Below are positions 1-8,853 of a DNA stretch of 64,000 nucleotides, piece after piece (position 1 is the stretch's first letter; each line of letters opens with the position of its first letter). The notes beneath the pieces are model-generated. The model saw nothing but the letters and a program-made list of their open reading frames with translations. It searched no databases and had not been told where the DNA came from. The translations under genes were made by a program, and so were the position numbers. This DNA comes from Candidatus Bathyarchaeota archaeon (GTDB lineage Archaea > Thermoproteota > Bathyarchaeia > Bathyarchaeales > Bathycorpusculaceae). The DNA lies in the NCBI GenBank assembly GCA_963833575.1, contig CAWHXY010000007.1, positions 384,001-448,000 of the forward strand. The letters run 5' to 3'.

Positions 1-3000
1 AAACGCTACTGTTCCCCCCATTGCTTCTGTAAATCTTTTTACAGCCGCTAACCCCAAGCCTTGTCCTTTCACCTTTGTTGTCAGTAGCGGTGTGAATATT
101 TTGCTTTTAATGTTTTCAGGTAGGCCTTCGCCTGTGTCTTGGACGATAATTTTTGCTTTCTCATTGCAGATGGTTGCCGATATTGTGAGTTTTCCCCCTT
201 TTGGCATCGCTTGGATAGCGTTATTAGACAAATTTATCAGTATTCTTTGCAAGTAAGTTGAGTCAGCTTTTATTTTGGGGAAATCTTTTTCGAAAAAATG
301 CGTGACGGTTATGTTTTCGGGGATGCTAATGGTTGCTAAGGCGGAGTTCACTATTTTTTCAAGATCTGTCTCCTCAATTTTTGGCGTCAAAGGCTTAGAG
401 AAGTCTTGGAGATCAGCAACTATTTTGCTAATGTACTCGGTGTTCTTTTCAATTTCCATTAAGCTTTCTTGCACGTTTTTCTTCTCTTCACTCTCGGGAG
501 TTGAAGCCAAATCTGTCCTAGCCAAATACACATCGCCTGTAATAGCCTGCAAGGGATTACGTATATCATGGCCCACCATACCAGCTACTGTACCAATAGC
601 TGCCAACCGTTCAGATTCCTTAAGTTTTTGGGTTCGCTCTTTGACCAACTCCTCCAAGTTTTCAGAATAAGTCTGCAATTCTTTTCTGTTTTCTTCAAGC
701 GTCTCCAGCATTTGGCTGTTTTCTAGAGCAACCGATGCAACTTCTCCAAAAGCTGTAGCCAAATGGGCGTCGCGTTCACTAAATCCTCCTTCTTTATTGG
801 CTAAGCCCATTACGCCGACCACGCATTGATTAATCGTCAACGGCGCAAACAATACATTCTTGAGTTGGACGTGTCCTTCAGGCGAGAATTTTTGCCATTT
901 GCTTTGCGAAAAATCATTTTCAACTGCCACTTTGCCAGAGTTGTATGCTTCGGCGCGGAGCCCGCGAATGGGCATTGGAAGCGATGGATCAACCGTGCAA
1001 GGTAGCCCGCCCGAATCCAAAAACAAAACCTCGTTTTCTTTTCCGTTATCACTTAAGAGAGCAACGTAACCGGCTGTTGCTCCAATTAATTCTTTGCAGA
1101 CTTTAAATATTGCACGTGCTGAATCATGGAATTCTTTGTTTTGAAGCACTGCTCTTGATGCACTCAACAGGGCTGAAATCTCTAACCCACGCCGCTGTGA
1201 TTCTTCGAGAGAGTTAGATAGCGCCTGCTCTATCTTCTTTCGTTTAGTAATATCTACATTTGATTCAAGGATTTCCACCAATTCGCCTGCCATGTTATAC
1301 GTAGCTAGCCACCAGCTTTGGAGTATCACAAGTTGCCCATCTTTGGCGCGGTGGGTGACTTCTCCAAACCACCTTCCCGTTTGCTTGAGTTCCTCGATTA
1401 TGTTTTTCGAAGAATCTGGATACTGAGGCTTTAACAGTTTTTGGGTTTTTTGTCCTAAGGCTTCGTTTCTTGTCCAGCCGTAGAGTTTTTCTGCGCCTTG
1501 ACTCCATAATGTGATTGTATCATCTGGGTTTTTCACTATCATGGCATCTGGGCTAAGATCAATAATTGCTGCTTGCTTTCTAAGAGCTTCTTCGACTGTT
1601 TTGCGTTCAGTAATATCAATGCATGTACCTACCCATTCTAGTACGGTATCGTCGTCCTTAAACATTGGAACGCCACGCACCTCGAAAAGACGATAAACCC
1701 CGTCATATCTGCGAACCCTGTATTCGACTTCATACACCTTTTTTGTTTTGACGGCCACTTTCCAAACCTTAACTGCATTTTCAATGTCATCAGGGTGCAA
1801 GGCTTTAGACCAACCCCAACCCCTGACCTCTTCGTATGTCTGCCCAGTAAACTTCCTCCAAGAAGGTATATCTTCCATTACTTCTCCGTCAGCGTTTGCA
1901 ATCCATCCCAATTCGCCTGAAACTTCAACAAAAGAACGGTAAACCTCCAAGTTTTTCCTTGCAAGTTCCATCGTTCTCTTAGGGTCAGTTACGTCCTTTA
2001 AAAGAGCCAACACCGTCTCAACGACGCCATTAACTGAAAATTCTGGAACAACAACATACTGATATATTCTCATTCCCTTAGAAGTTGGAAATTCAACTTC
2101 ACCATTTTCCGGTTTCCCAATTTCGATAACATTCTGAAGAATTTTGCACCATGTTTCAACGAATTTCGGAGGTAAGCCTACTTCTGTGTCTGTTTTGCCA
2201 ATAAATTTCCTTGGCGAAGTCCCCGTTATTTTTCCTATAACTGAGTTGACGTACAAGTAACGTAGGTTTCTGTCAAACCTCGCGATGATGTCTGGTGAGT
2301 TTTCGGCAAGCGTCCTATATTTTGTTTCTTCTATGTGCAATTGGTTTTCGTGTTTTCTTAATTCATTGACGTCCATGAAGGATAGGACAACGCCGTCTAT
2401 TCTGTTGTCTTCGGTTACGTAAGGTCGAATCCGCAGTTCATAAAAACGTCCTTTTTCATCACTTACCTCCATATTCTGCACCCCAAGCGTTTTGATAACG
2501 TCTAAGATGGTTTTCTCTAAATCAGGAACTGAAATAGCCATACGAACGTTAGATATTGGCAATCCAGTATCAGAAGGAACCAAGTTCAGAATTTTTTGGG
2601 CGGAAGGCGTGAAAAGCCTAATCTTCATACTTCCATCCAACATAACAACGGCAGGATCAACATTTCTAATTAAATTCACTTGATTATCACTTAATGTTCC
2701 AAGAGCTTGATTTCGGTTCTTCAATTCATCATTCAAAGTTGTTAATTCTTCATTGCTCGACTGCAGCTCTTCTTTAGCAGTCTCCAATTCCTCATTAGTG
2801 CTCTGTAGCTCTTCATTGCTCGATTGGACCTCCTCCATTGCAGAACGCAACTCTTCATTGGTTGCTTCCTGATTTTCGACTACCATCTGCAAAGCCCGCT
2901 TAGAAGAATCCAATTCATCCATTAATTCTCGAATTTGATTATCTTTTGCGTTCTCGCGCCCTTCAGGCGAAGCTGTAAGCTCAATAGTCCTACGCAGATG

Positions 3001-4914
3001 CGCCGCCGCTGAACTCACATCTTCAAACAAAACAAGAAAGAAAGGATCCTCACGCTGCAGTGGGATGACCTGAATATTCACCGTCTTCTGCAGTTCACCA
3101 GACTGAAAACGTATTGCCTCTTCTGTAACTTGTTTGCTCTCCTTTTTTGCCCTATAAACTGCTGTTTGCACCCCTGAGCGCAATTCCTTGCGAAGAATTC
3201 GGGTTATATTCAAACTTGTTTGCCCCGATTCGGGCGAAAGATAAGGCGTGACGTTTCCGCGGAAAACTAGAATGTCTAGATTACCATTGACTAACATTGC
3301 AGCAGGGACATATTCCGTTATTAGTAGTCGGTCCACTTCCTCCCGAAGAACAGCGTTTGCGTCTTTTTTGGCAGTTTCCTTGAAAGCTGCTTTCCTAACT
3401 TGGGGCATAGAAGCTTCAAAACCGAAATTAACGCGGGGCAGGGCGTTCTTTTTTGTGTAAACAAAACTTTTCTTTTGTACAGGTTCAAAAAGGGTTGTGA
3501 ATTTGCCGATGCTTTCAGATTCGCCTAAAATCAAAAAACCGTGGGGTTTCAACGCGTAATGTAAGATGGGCACTATTCTTTCTTGGAGTTGCGAGTCAAA
3601 GTAGATGAGCATGTTCCTGCAGCTAATTAGGTCCAAGTTTGAGAAGGGCGGATCAGCCGTTAAGTCTTGTTTTGCAAATATGCATTTATCACGAATGAAC
3701 TTGGCGATTTGATAGCTACCATTGGAGCTGGTGAAAAAACGTTTTAGGCGATTTTCAGAGACATCAGTTTCTATGCTCGTGGCATATATTCCTTGACGGG
3801 CTTTATCGACATTTTTTTCTTGCACATCGGTCCCAAAAATCTGGACCTGCACCTCTGAGTTTCCATTTTCTTCTAAGAATTCTTGAAGCGCCATAACAAA
3901 AGAATAAGCTTCTTCGCCTGTGGAACAGCCTGGAATCCACATTCTAAGGGGTTCTTGGGATGCTCTGTTTTTCAAGAGTTCAGGTAACAGTTTTTCCTTC
4001 AAAGTCTCAAAGGTTTTAGGTTCCCTGAAGAAGCTTGTTACACCAATTAGCATGTCGTCAAAGAGGGCTTTTAGCTCAACAGGATGTGTTTCCAAATATT
4101 CAGCGTATTTTGTTATGTTGTCTACATGGTTAATTACCATTCGGCGTGTAACTCGCCTGTGCACAACTGTCTCTTTATAATGAGAGAAATCCACGTTATA
4201 TGAAGAACGCAGTAATATGAAGATTTTTCGTAAACCTGTTTCTTTTTTCGCTTTGGGTTCTTGAGCTTCGATCTCAGCGCGAACCAGCTGAGGGTTTTTG
4301 GCAATTTTTGAAAGCTCTTTAGAAATCTTTTCTGGAGAAAGAACGAAATCGACGGCTTCAGCTGATATTGCACTTTGAGGCATACCTGCATACTGGGCAG
4401 AGTCTGGATTCTGCGCGAAAGTTATTCCTCCTTCAGCCTTAACTGCTTTGAGCCCTTCAGTTCCGTCAGTGCCAGTTCCCGAGAGCACTATCCCAATGGC
4501 TTGAGTTCTCCGTTCTGTGGCAAGAGACCTTAAAAAATCGTCGATCGGTCTGAGAGATTTACCTTTTGGATTAAGATTCAGAGCACCATTTGATAAAGTC
4601 ATTGTTGACCCAGAGGGAATTACGTAAACGTGATTGGGTTCCACTTGCAACCCATCTTTGACTTGAACAACAGGCATAACGGTGAATCTTGAAAGAATGT
4701 CAGTCAACATGCTCTCTTGACCCGCGGCAAGATGCTGAATCATAACAAAGGCTAAACCCGTATTGACAGGCAAAAACTCAAGCAATACCCTAAAAGCTTC
4801 TAAGCCACCCGCGGAGGCACCAACTCCAACAATCGGGAAATCAAGAGGGATATTAATTTTAGAAGAAGCCTTTTGTATCGAACCCTTTTTTCTATTTGAA
4901 ACCGTGAAAGCCAC
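1..4914 (-). CDS. CheB-CheR fused multi-PAS/GAF sensor histidine kinase, C-terminus beyond window start
   Basis: Hand translation from GTG 4914 gives IVGVGASAGGLEA, IQHL, LSGTGTDG (CheB), GVTSFFREP, GCSTGEEAYS, DLISCRNMLIYF (CheR), coiled coil EELQSTNEELETAKEELQS, PAS/GAF segments, GMVGHDIRNPL (HisKA) and KGQGLGLA (HATPase) in the same frame at position 1. Absent from the ORF track, consistent with no stop inside the window. Confidence 0.92.
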   Translation of the reverse strand, partial: MAFTVSNRKKGSIQKASSKINIPLDFPIVGVGASAGGLEAFRVLLEFLPVNTGLAFVMIQHLAAGQESMLTDILSRFTVMPVVQVKDGLQVEPNHVYVIPSGSTMTLSNGALNLNPKGKSLRPIDDFLRSLATERRTQAIGIVLSGTGTDGTEGLKAVKAEGGITFAQNPDSAQYAGMPQSAISAEAVDFVLSPEKISKELSKIAKNPQLVRAEIEAQEPKAKKETGLRKIFILLRSSYNVDFSHYKETVVHRRVTRRMVINHVDNITKYAEYLETHPVELKALFDDMLIGVTSFFREPKTFETLKEKLLPELLKNRASQEPLRMWIPGCSTGEEAYSFVMALQEFLEENGNSEVQVQIFGTDVQEKNVDKARQGIYATSIETDVSENRLKRFFTSSNGSYQIAKFIRDKCIFAKQDLTADPPFSNLDLISCRNMLIYFDSQLQERIVPILHYALKPHGFLILGESESIGKFTTLFEPVQKKSFVYTKKNALPRVNFGFEASMPQVRKAAFKETAKKDANAVLREEVDRLLITEYVPAAMLVNGNLDILVFRGNVTPYLSPESGQTSLNITRILRKELRSGVQTAVYRAKKESKQVTEEAIRFQSGELQKTVNIQVIPLQREDPFFLVLFEDVSSAAAHLRRTIELTASPEGRENAKDNQIRELMDELDSSKRALQMVVENQEATNEELRSAMEEVQSSNEELQSTNEELETAKEELQSSNEELTTLNDELKNRNQALGTLSDNQVNLIRNVDPAVVMLDGSMKIRLFTPSAQKILNLVPSDTGLPISNVRMAISVPDLEKTILDVIKTLGVQNMEVSDEKGRFYELRIRPYVTEDNRIDGVVLSFMDVNELRKHENQLHIEETKYRTLAENSPDIIARFDRNLRYLYVNSVIGKITGTSPRKFIGKTDTEVGLPPKFVETWCKILQNVIEIGKPENGEVEFPTSKGMRIYQYVVVPEFSVNGVVETVLALLKDVTDPKRTMELARKNLEVYRSFVEVSGELGWIANADGEVMEDIPSWRKFTGQTYEEVRGWGWSKALHPDDIENAVKVWKVAVKTKKVYEVEYRVRRYDGVYRLFEVRGVPMFKDDDTVLEWVGTCIDITERKTVEEALRKQAAIIDLSPDAMIVKNPDDTITLWSQGAEKLYGWTRNEALGQKTQKLLKPQYPDSSKNIIEELKQTGRWFGEVTHRAKDGQLVILQSWWLATYNMAGELVEILESNVDITKRKKIEQALSNSLEESQRRGLEISALLSASRAVLQNKEFHDSARAIFKVCKELIGATAGYVALLSDNGKENEVLFLDSGGLPCTVDPSLPMPIRGLRAEAYNSGKVAVENDFSQSKWQKFSPEGHVQLKNVLFAPLTINQCVVGVMGLANKEGGFSERDAHLATAFGEVASVALENSQMLETLEENRKELQTYSENLEELVKERTQKLKESERLAAIGTVAGMVGHDIRNPLQAITGDVYLARTDLASTPESEEKKNVQESLMEIEKNTEYISKIVADLQDFSKPLTPKIEETDLEKIVNSALATISIPENITVTHFFEKDFPKIKADSTYLQRILINLSNNAIQAMPKGGKLTISATICNEKAKIIVQDTGEGLPENIKSKIFTPLLTTKVKGQGLGLAAVKRFTEAMGGTVAF

Positions 4915-5022
4915 ATCCAAAAAGCATGTTACCTAGTTAACATGATTTCTTAGAAATATGCGACTCGAACAATTAATCGTTTATGCTTTGTACACATGCC
5001 TTAAGAAAAATTTAAGAAATTT

Positions 5023-5042
5023 GTGGACCGGCGGATTTGAAC
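5023..5042 (-). repeat. degenerate copy of tRNA-Ala 3' end (att-like remnant)
   Basis: gtggaccggcggatttgaac versus gtggaccgggcgggatttgaac at 8531-8552; differs by two single-G deletions; same orientation. Confidence 0.6.
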
Positions 5043-5417
5043 TGAAATGGAGTCAAAGACTATTCAGGGTTAGTAGAGGCGGGATGGCAAAACGGATAAG
5101 GGCGAAGGACATCATATTAGTGTAGGAGAGTCAATCAAAATAAAAAACAAAGCAAAAAACAAAGCAAAAAATGAAACCAAAAAAGAAAACCAGACAAAAA
5201 ACAAAGGAAAAAAGGAGTGGAAGCAGAGATAAAAAGCTGCTAAAGAAACAACGCGATACCAAAATAGGTTGGATTACTCTTAACTTTCCTTTGCTAACAG
5301 ATTCTCTGAAAAATCAATTCTGTTTGGTCCAGTTCTCTTTTTGGACCGGTGGGATTGGGACTCCAATGCTTTTCTAAAAATTAAAAAAAAGGAAATAGGG
5401 TTTTTTGTTTGGCATAA

Positions 5418-8297
5418 TTATGGGTGCTTTCTTAGCATTGACAGTACTACTAGAGCTAGGACTATAATTATTAAGACAAATAGTCCAGCGATTGCAGGGA
5501 CAAAGTATGCGTCAGCGACAGATGTTGGCGTTGATGTAGGTGCTGCAGTTGCTGTTTGGGCTGGATCGACGACAAAGCTTGTTGCAGCGGATGATGGCCA
5601 GTAACCTGCTGTGCCTGCAAAGGTTGCAGTAACTGTATAGTTGCCTGAAATAGTAGGTTTCCATGCTAAGCTGAACATGCCTCTTGCGTCTGTTGTTGCA
5701 GTGCCAATGTTATAGTTGTTGCCATTGGAATCAGTTACAGCTACTGTGACCGGAACGCCTGTGAAGTTGGTTGGCAATGGTTGCTGCTGGTAGATATATC
5801 CCATCCAGTCACTCATGATCGCATCTGATGCAACTGGAATTCCGTTGGGGAAGTCAGCTGTTTGTTGAGTTTGCTTTGTGCCAGTGGAAATATCTGTGAC
5901 CATGCCGCGAATTACTACGCTCTGTCCTGAGTCTAAGCCTGCGTTTGGTGCTGTAACGGTTGTTTGACTTGGTCCTCTGCCTAAAGTGTAGATTTGTCCA
6001 TCATACCCGTTGAAGAACGTTGTGTATCCATCAGCGATAACGTAACTCATTGTTGTGAATTCGCTTGTGTAATCTGAAATTGTCCAGATTTCTGCACCTG
6101 TTGTGGCATTAATTGCTCGTGCTAATGCGCCTTTGTAGATCGGGTCGATTACAGTGTGCTCAGTTGTAACTAAGTAAATCACGCCGTTGCTGCCAACTGC
6201 TTGAATGAATGTTGGATAGTCGCCGTAAGGTGTGTTAAATCCTGCGAGAGTGCTGTTGCCGGGTGTGTTGCTGTTACCGTATGTCCATTCTAGCTGTCCA
6301 TTTGAATCATTGTAGCAGTATACTGTTCCGCCGAATGCACTTGTGTATAGGTTGCCAAAGGCAATTTGTCCACAGAATTCGTTTGGTGCTGTTTGGCCAT
6401 AGTAGTCAAGTGCTTCCATAGCTGGAGTTGGACCCCATATCTTTTGTCCTGTTGTGAGGCTGTATCCTATCCAACTTAAGGTTTCATAGTTTTCTTCTAT
6501 GAAGACGTTAGTCGTCGGGTCGACTCCGGCGTAGTAAACAGTGACGTTGTTTGCTGGTGGTTGTAGTGTGTTTATCCATTGGAATGCGCCAATTTGGCCT
6601 GCAGATGGGTTAAGGTTGAATGACATGTAGGTATAAGGTGTATAGGCACCTGCTCCAGTGAAGCTTCCTGGTGATGCTGGCTGAGTTCCGTTAAGAGTAA
6701 GGAGCACATTGTTGTACATTCCTGCGATCACTGATGGTGTTGGTCCGTTGGGGTTGTTTAGCTGGGGTATTGAAACGTTCCAGTCATAAGTGCACTCTGA
6801 TGGGTACTGAGTAGAGTTTAATACACCGTGAGTGACCGGGTCAATTATGACTTGGTTGAATCCTATGTTTGCTTGAACAGTGAGCACTGGATATGGAGTG
6901 GCTGCTTGGTTGGATGCTGGGAATATTGTAGTTAAGGCTGTTGGGGTGCTTGCGTTGATGATTGCGGGTGAAACGCTTCCTGCGCCTGTGAATGGGTTAA
7001 TGTCGTATTGCCAGATGCGTGATGAATTCCATTCTGCTAAGTACCAGTTTGGATTTGCGGTTGTGCCTTTGTTCTGTAGTACGTATCGTAGTTGTTCGCC
7101 TGATGGACCTGCTGCGACGTAGCCTGTTGGAACACCAGTCACATTAAACAGGTTGGTTCCAGTGAATCCATCGACCATCATCCATAAAGATCCGCTTGGG
7201 CAGATGAGTATCGGTGGGAACGTTCCGTGTTCGTCAGGACTCCAGAGGTTTTCTATGTAGCCGAATGATGGCGCGGGTAATGTGTTGCTTGTCCATACAA
7301 CTTGCCCTGTTTCGAGATTAAGGGCTGTCAATGGACCATAGCTTGGTGCATCGAATCCTAATGGTGCCATGTAGTAGAGTATTCCATCCATTATTATTGG
7401 GTTAGTGAAGCGCTGCTCGTATGCTGTTCCTTCGTAGTAGCCGACTCCTTGGCCGTTTCCTGGGTACGCTCCGCCAGAATAGTACTGGTTGCCTCCGACG
7501 ACTCCGCCGCTTTGAATTGGCTTTGTCCACACTACGTGGCTAGTCAGTGATCCTATGGCGTCGCCTGGATTGCGATTCATGATTGCTCCCCATGAGCCCA
7601 TTGGTGGTCCCGTAGAGAAAGCTGAGACTGCACCTGAACCTACTGCTGGGTTGACTGCTGAGCCTGCGCCTAGCCAGTTTGAGGATATTGTCCACCAGTC
7701 AGTGTTTTCGCCGTAGATTGGACGTGTCCAATATGCAGATGGAAGCGGTGAGCTGCCTATGGATGTTGTAATTGGTTCTGATTGTACTGTAAGTGTTGTT
7801 GTTGCGCTGCTTGGTAGATATGTGTCGTTGACTAGTCCACTGTTGGGATTACCGTTGCTTGCTGTGTATGTTTGTCCTGGGAAGTTAAATATTAAGGTGT
7901 ATGTGCCAGTTTGGTCGGGAGTGAAACTAGTGATTTGGTTGGATGTAGTGTCTGAAATAGTATCGAAAATTGTTGTTTTAACAGTGCCATCTGGAGCAAC
8001 GATGGTGAAATTGTAGTTGTGGAATCTGTAGTTGTTGGATAATAGTGCATAGCTGCTTGCGTCACCTATGCCTACTCCGAAGATTTGGTTGAGCCACATG
8101 AAAACGTTAACTGATTGGCCGACACCGATTGGATCAGGATGAACGGAAATGTAAGCATACGTTGGAATCTGGTATCCAGGATTGTGTGCGCTAACTTTTG
8201 GCATAAGACATATGGAAGCTGTCATTGAAAGAGTTAAGAATATTACTAATGCGATAGTAGTGGTTTTATTTTTAGAAATGCTCAAAATATTTGACAT
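5418..8297 (-). CDS. secreted, C-terminally anchored PQQ-like beta-propeller protein (Bathyarchaeia-expanded surface family)
   Basis: Signal peptide, PxPIGVGQ Ig-like N-domain, YWTRPI and beta-propeller W-repeats, NGYDGQIY, C-terminal TM plus RKHP; ATG 8297 follows GGAG. Confidence 0.85.
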   Translation of the reverse strand: MSNILSISKNKTTTIALVIFLTLSMTASICLMPKVSAHNPGYQIPTYAYISVHPDPIGVGQSVNVFMWLNQIFGVGIGDASSYALLSNNYRFHNYNFTIVAPDGTVKTTIFDTISDTTSNQITSFTPDQTGTYTLIFNFPGQTYTASNGNPNSGLVNDTYLPSSATTTLTVQSEPITTSIGSSPLPSAYWTRPIYGENTDWWTISSNWLGAGSAVNPAVGSGAVSAFSTGPPMGSWGAIMNRNPGDAIGSLTSHVVWTKPIQSGGVVGGNQYYSGGAYPGNGQGVGYYEGTAYEQRFTNPIIMDGILYYMAPLGFDAPSYGPLTALNLETGQVVWTSNTLPAPSFGYIENLWSPDEHGTFPPILICPSGSLWMMVDGFTGTNLFNVTGVPTGYVAAGPSGEQLRYVLQNKGTTANPNWYLAEWNSSRIWQYDINPFTGAGSVSPAIINASTPTALTTIFPASNQAATPYPVLTVQANIGFNQVIIDPVTHGVLNSTQYPSECTYDWNVSIPQLNNPNGPTPSVIAGMYNNVLLTLNGTQPASPGSFTGAGAYTPYTYMSFNLNPSAGQIGAFQWINTLQPPANNVTVYYAGVDPTTNVFIEENYETLSWIGYSLTTGQKIWGPTPAMEALDYYGQTAPNEFCGQIAFGNLYTSAFGGTVYCYNDSNGQLEWTYGNSNTPGNSTLAGFNTPYGDYPTFIQAVGSNGVIYLVTTEHTVIDPIYKGALARAINATTGAEIWTISDYTSEFTTMSYVIADGYTTFFNGYDGQIYTLGRGPSQTTVTAPNAGLDSGQSVVIRGMVTDISTGTKQTQQTADFPNGIPVASDAIMSDWMGYIYQQQPLPTNFTGVPVTVAVTDSNGNNYNIGTATTDARGMFSLAWKPTISGNYTVTATFAGTAGYWPSSAATSFVVDPAQTATAAPTSTPTSVADAYFVPAIAGLFVLIIIVLALVVLSMLRKHP

Positions 8298-8531
8298 TCT
8301 TTTTTCTCCTTTTTGGGTAATCAACGGATCTCTGTTTCATATTTAAAACTTCTCAAAAATGTTCATACTAGCCTACAGAATAGCTTTTTTTCATAAAAAA
8401 AAGAAAAAATATAAGATCAGTGTTAACCAAAAACTCAAAACTCGACAAATAAAGAACAAAAATAATCTGAATCTAAATATAACGAAAAACGTAATTAGCA
8501 AGTATTTGCGTGACCCGAACCTTATTGCCAG

Positions 8532-8606
8532 TGGACCGGGCGGGATTTGAACCCGCGGCTTCCGCGTTGCGAACGCGGCGATCATACCGAGCTGATCTAC
8601 CGGCCC
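8532..8606 (-). tRNA. tRNA-Ala(CGC)
   Basis: Reverse complement GGGCCGGTAGATCAGCTCGGTATGATCGCCGCGTTCGCAACGCGGAAGCCGCGGGTTCAAATCCCGCCCGGTCCA folds as a cloverleaf, anticodon CGC, G3:U70 pair, CCA not encoded. Confidence 0.96.
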
Positions 8607-8662
8607 ATCAAAGCTTTCTGAAAAAGTACCTTTGTGAGAACATTTAGAGCTTTCGGTTAAGC

Positions 8663-8839
8663 TTATTCTTCTCCATACCCATGTTCAATTCTGCCATGAG
8701 TTCTCTGGTAAGATGACTCATGTTCTCCTTTGATGTTGCCAAAACAGTTCATGTGTTTTTGCAAATCCGCTGGTGTTAAGAATATGCAAGCGCAGTGACG
8801 ACACTTGTAGAATTTATTGTTGTTTTTTTCTTCCGCCAA
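8663..8839 (-). CDS. small C2H2/C2HC-type zinc-finger protein (58 aa)
   Basis: TTG start 14 nt after the ileS stop; MAEEKNNNKFYKCRHCACIFLTPADLQKHMNCFGNIKGEHESSYQRTHGRIEHGYGEE; Y-x-C-x2-C-x3-F-x5-L-x2-H pattern; below the 60-aa ORF track cutoff. Confidence 0.75.
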   Translation of the reverse strand: MAEEKNNNKFYKCRHCACIFLTPADLQKHMNCFGNIKGEHESSYQRTHGRIEHGYGEE

Positions 8840-8853
8840 TTTTTCCGCCTTAT

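Noticed and set aside
275-4391. Short ORFs in the ORF track across 275-4391
   Set aside because: Antisense or off-frame shadows of the long CheBR kinase ORF
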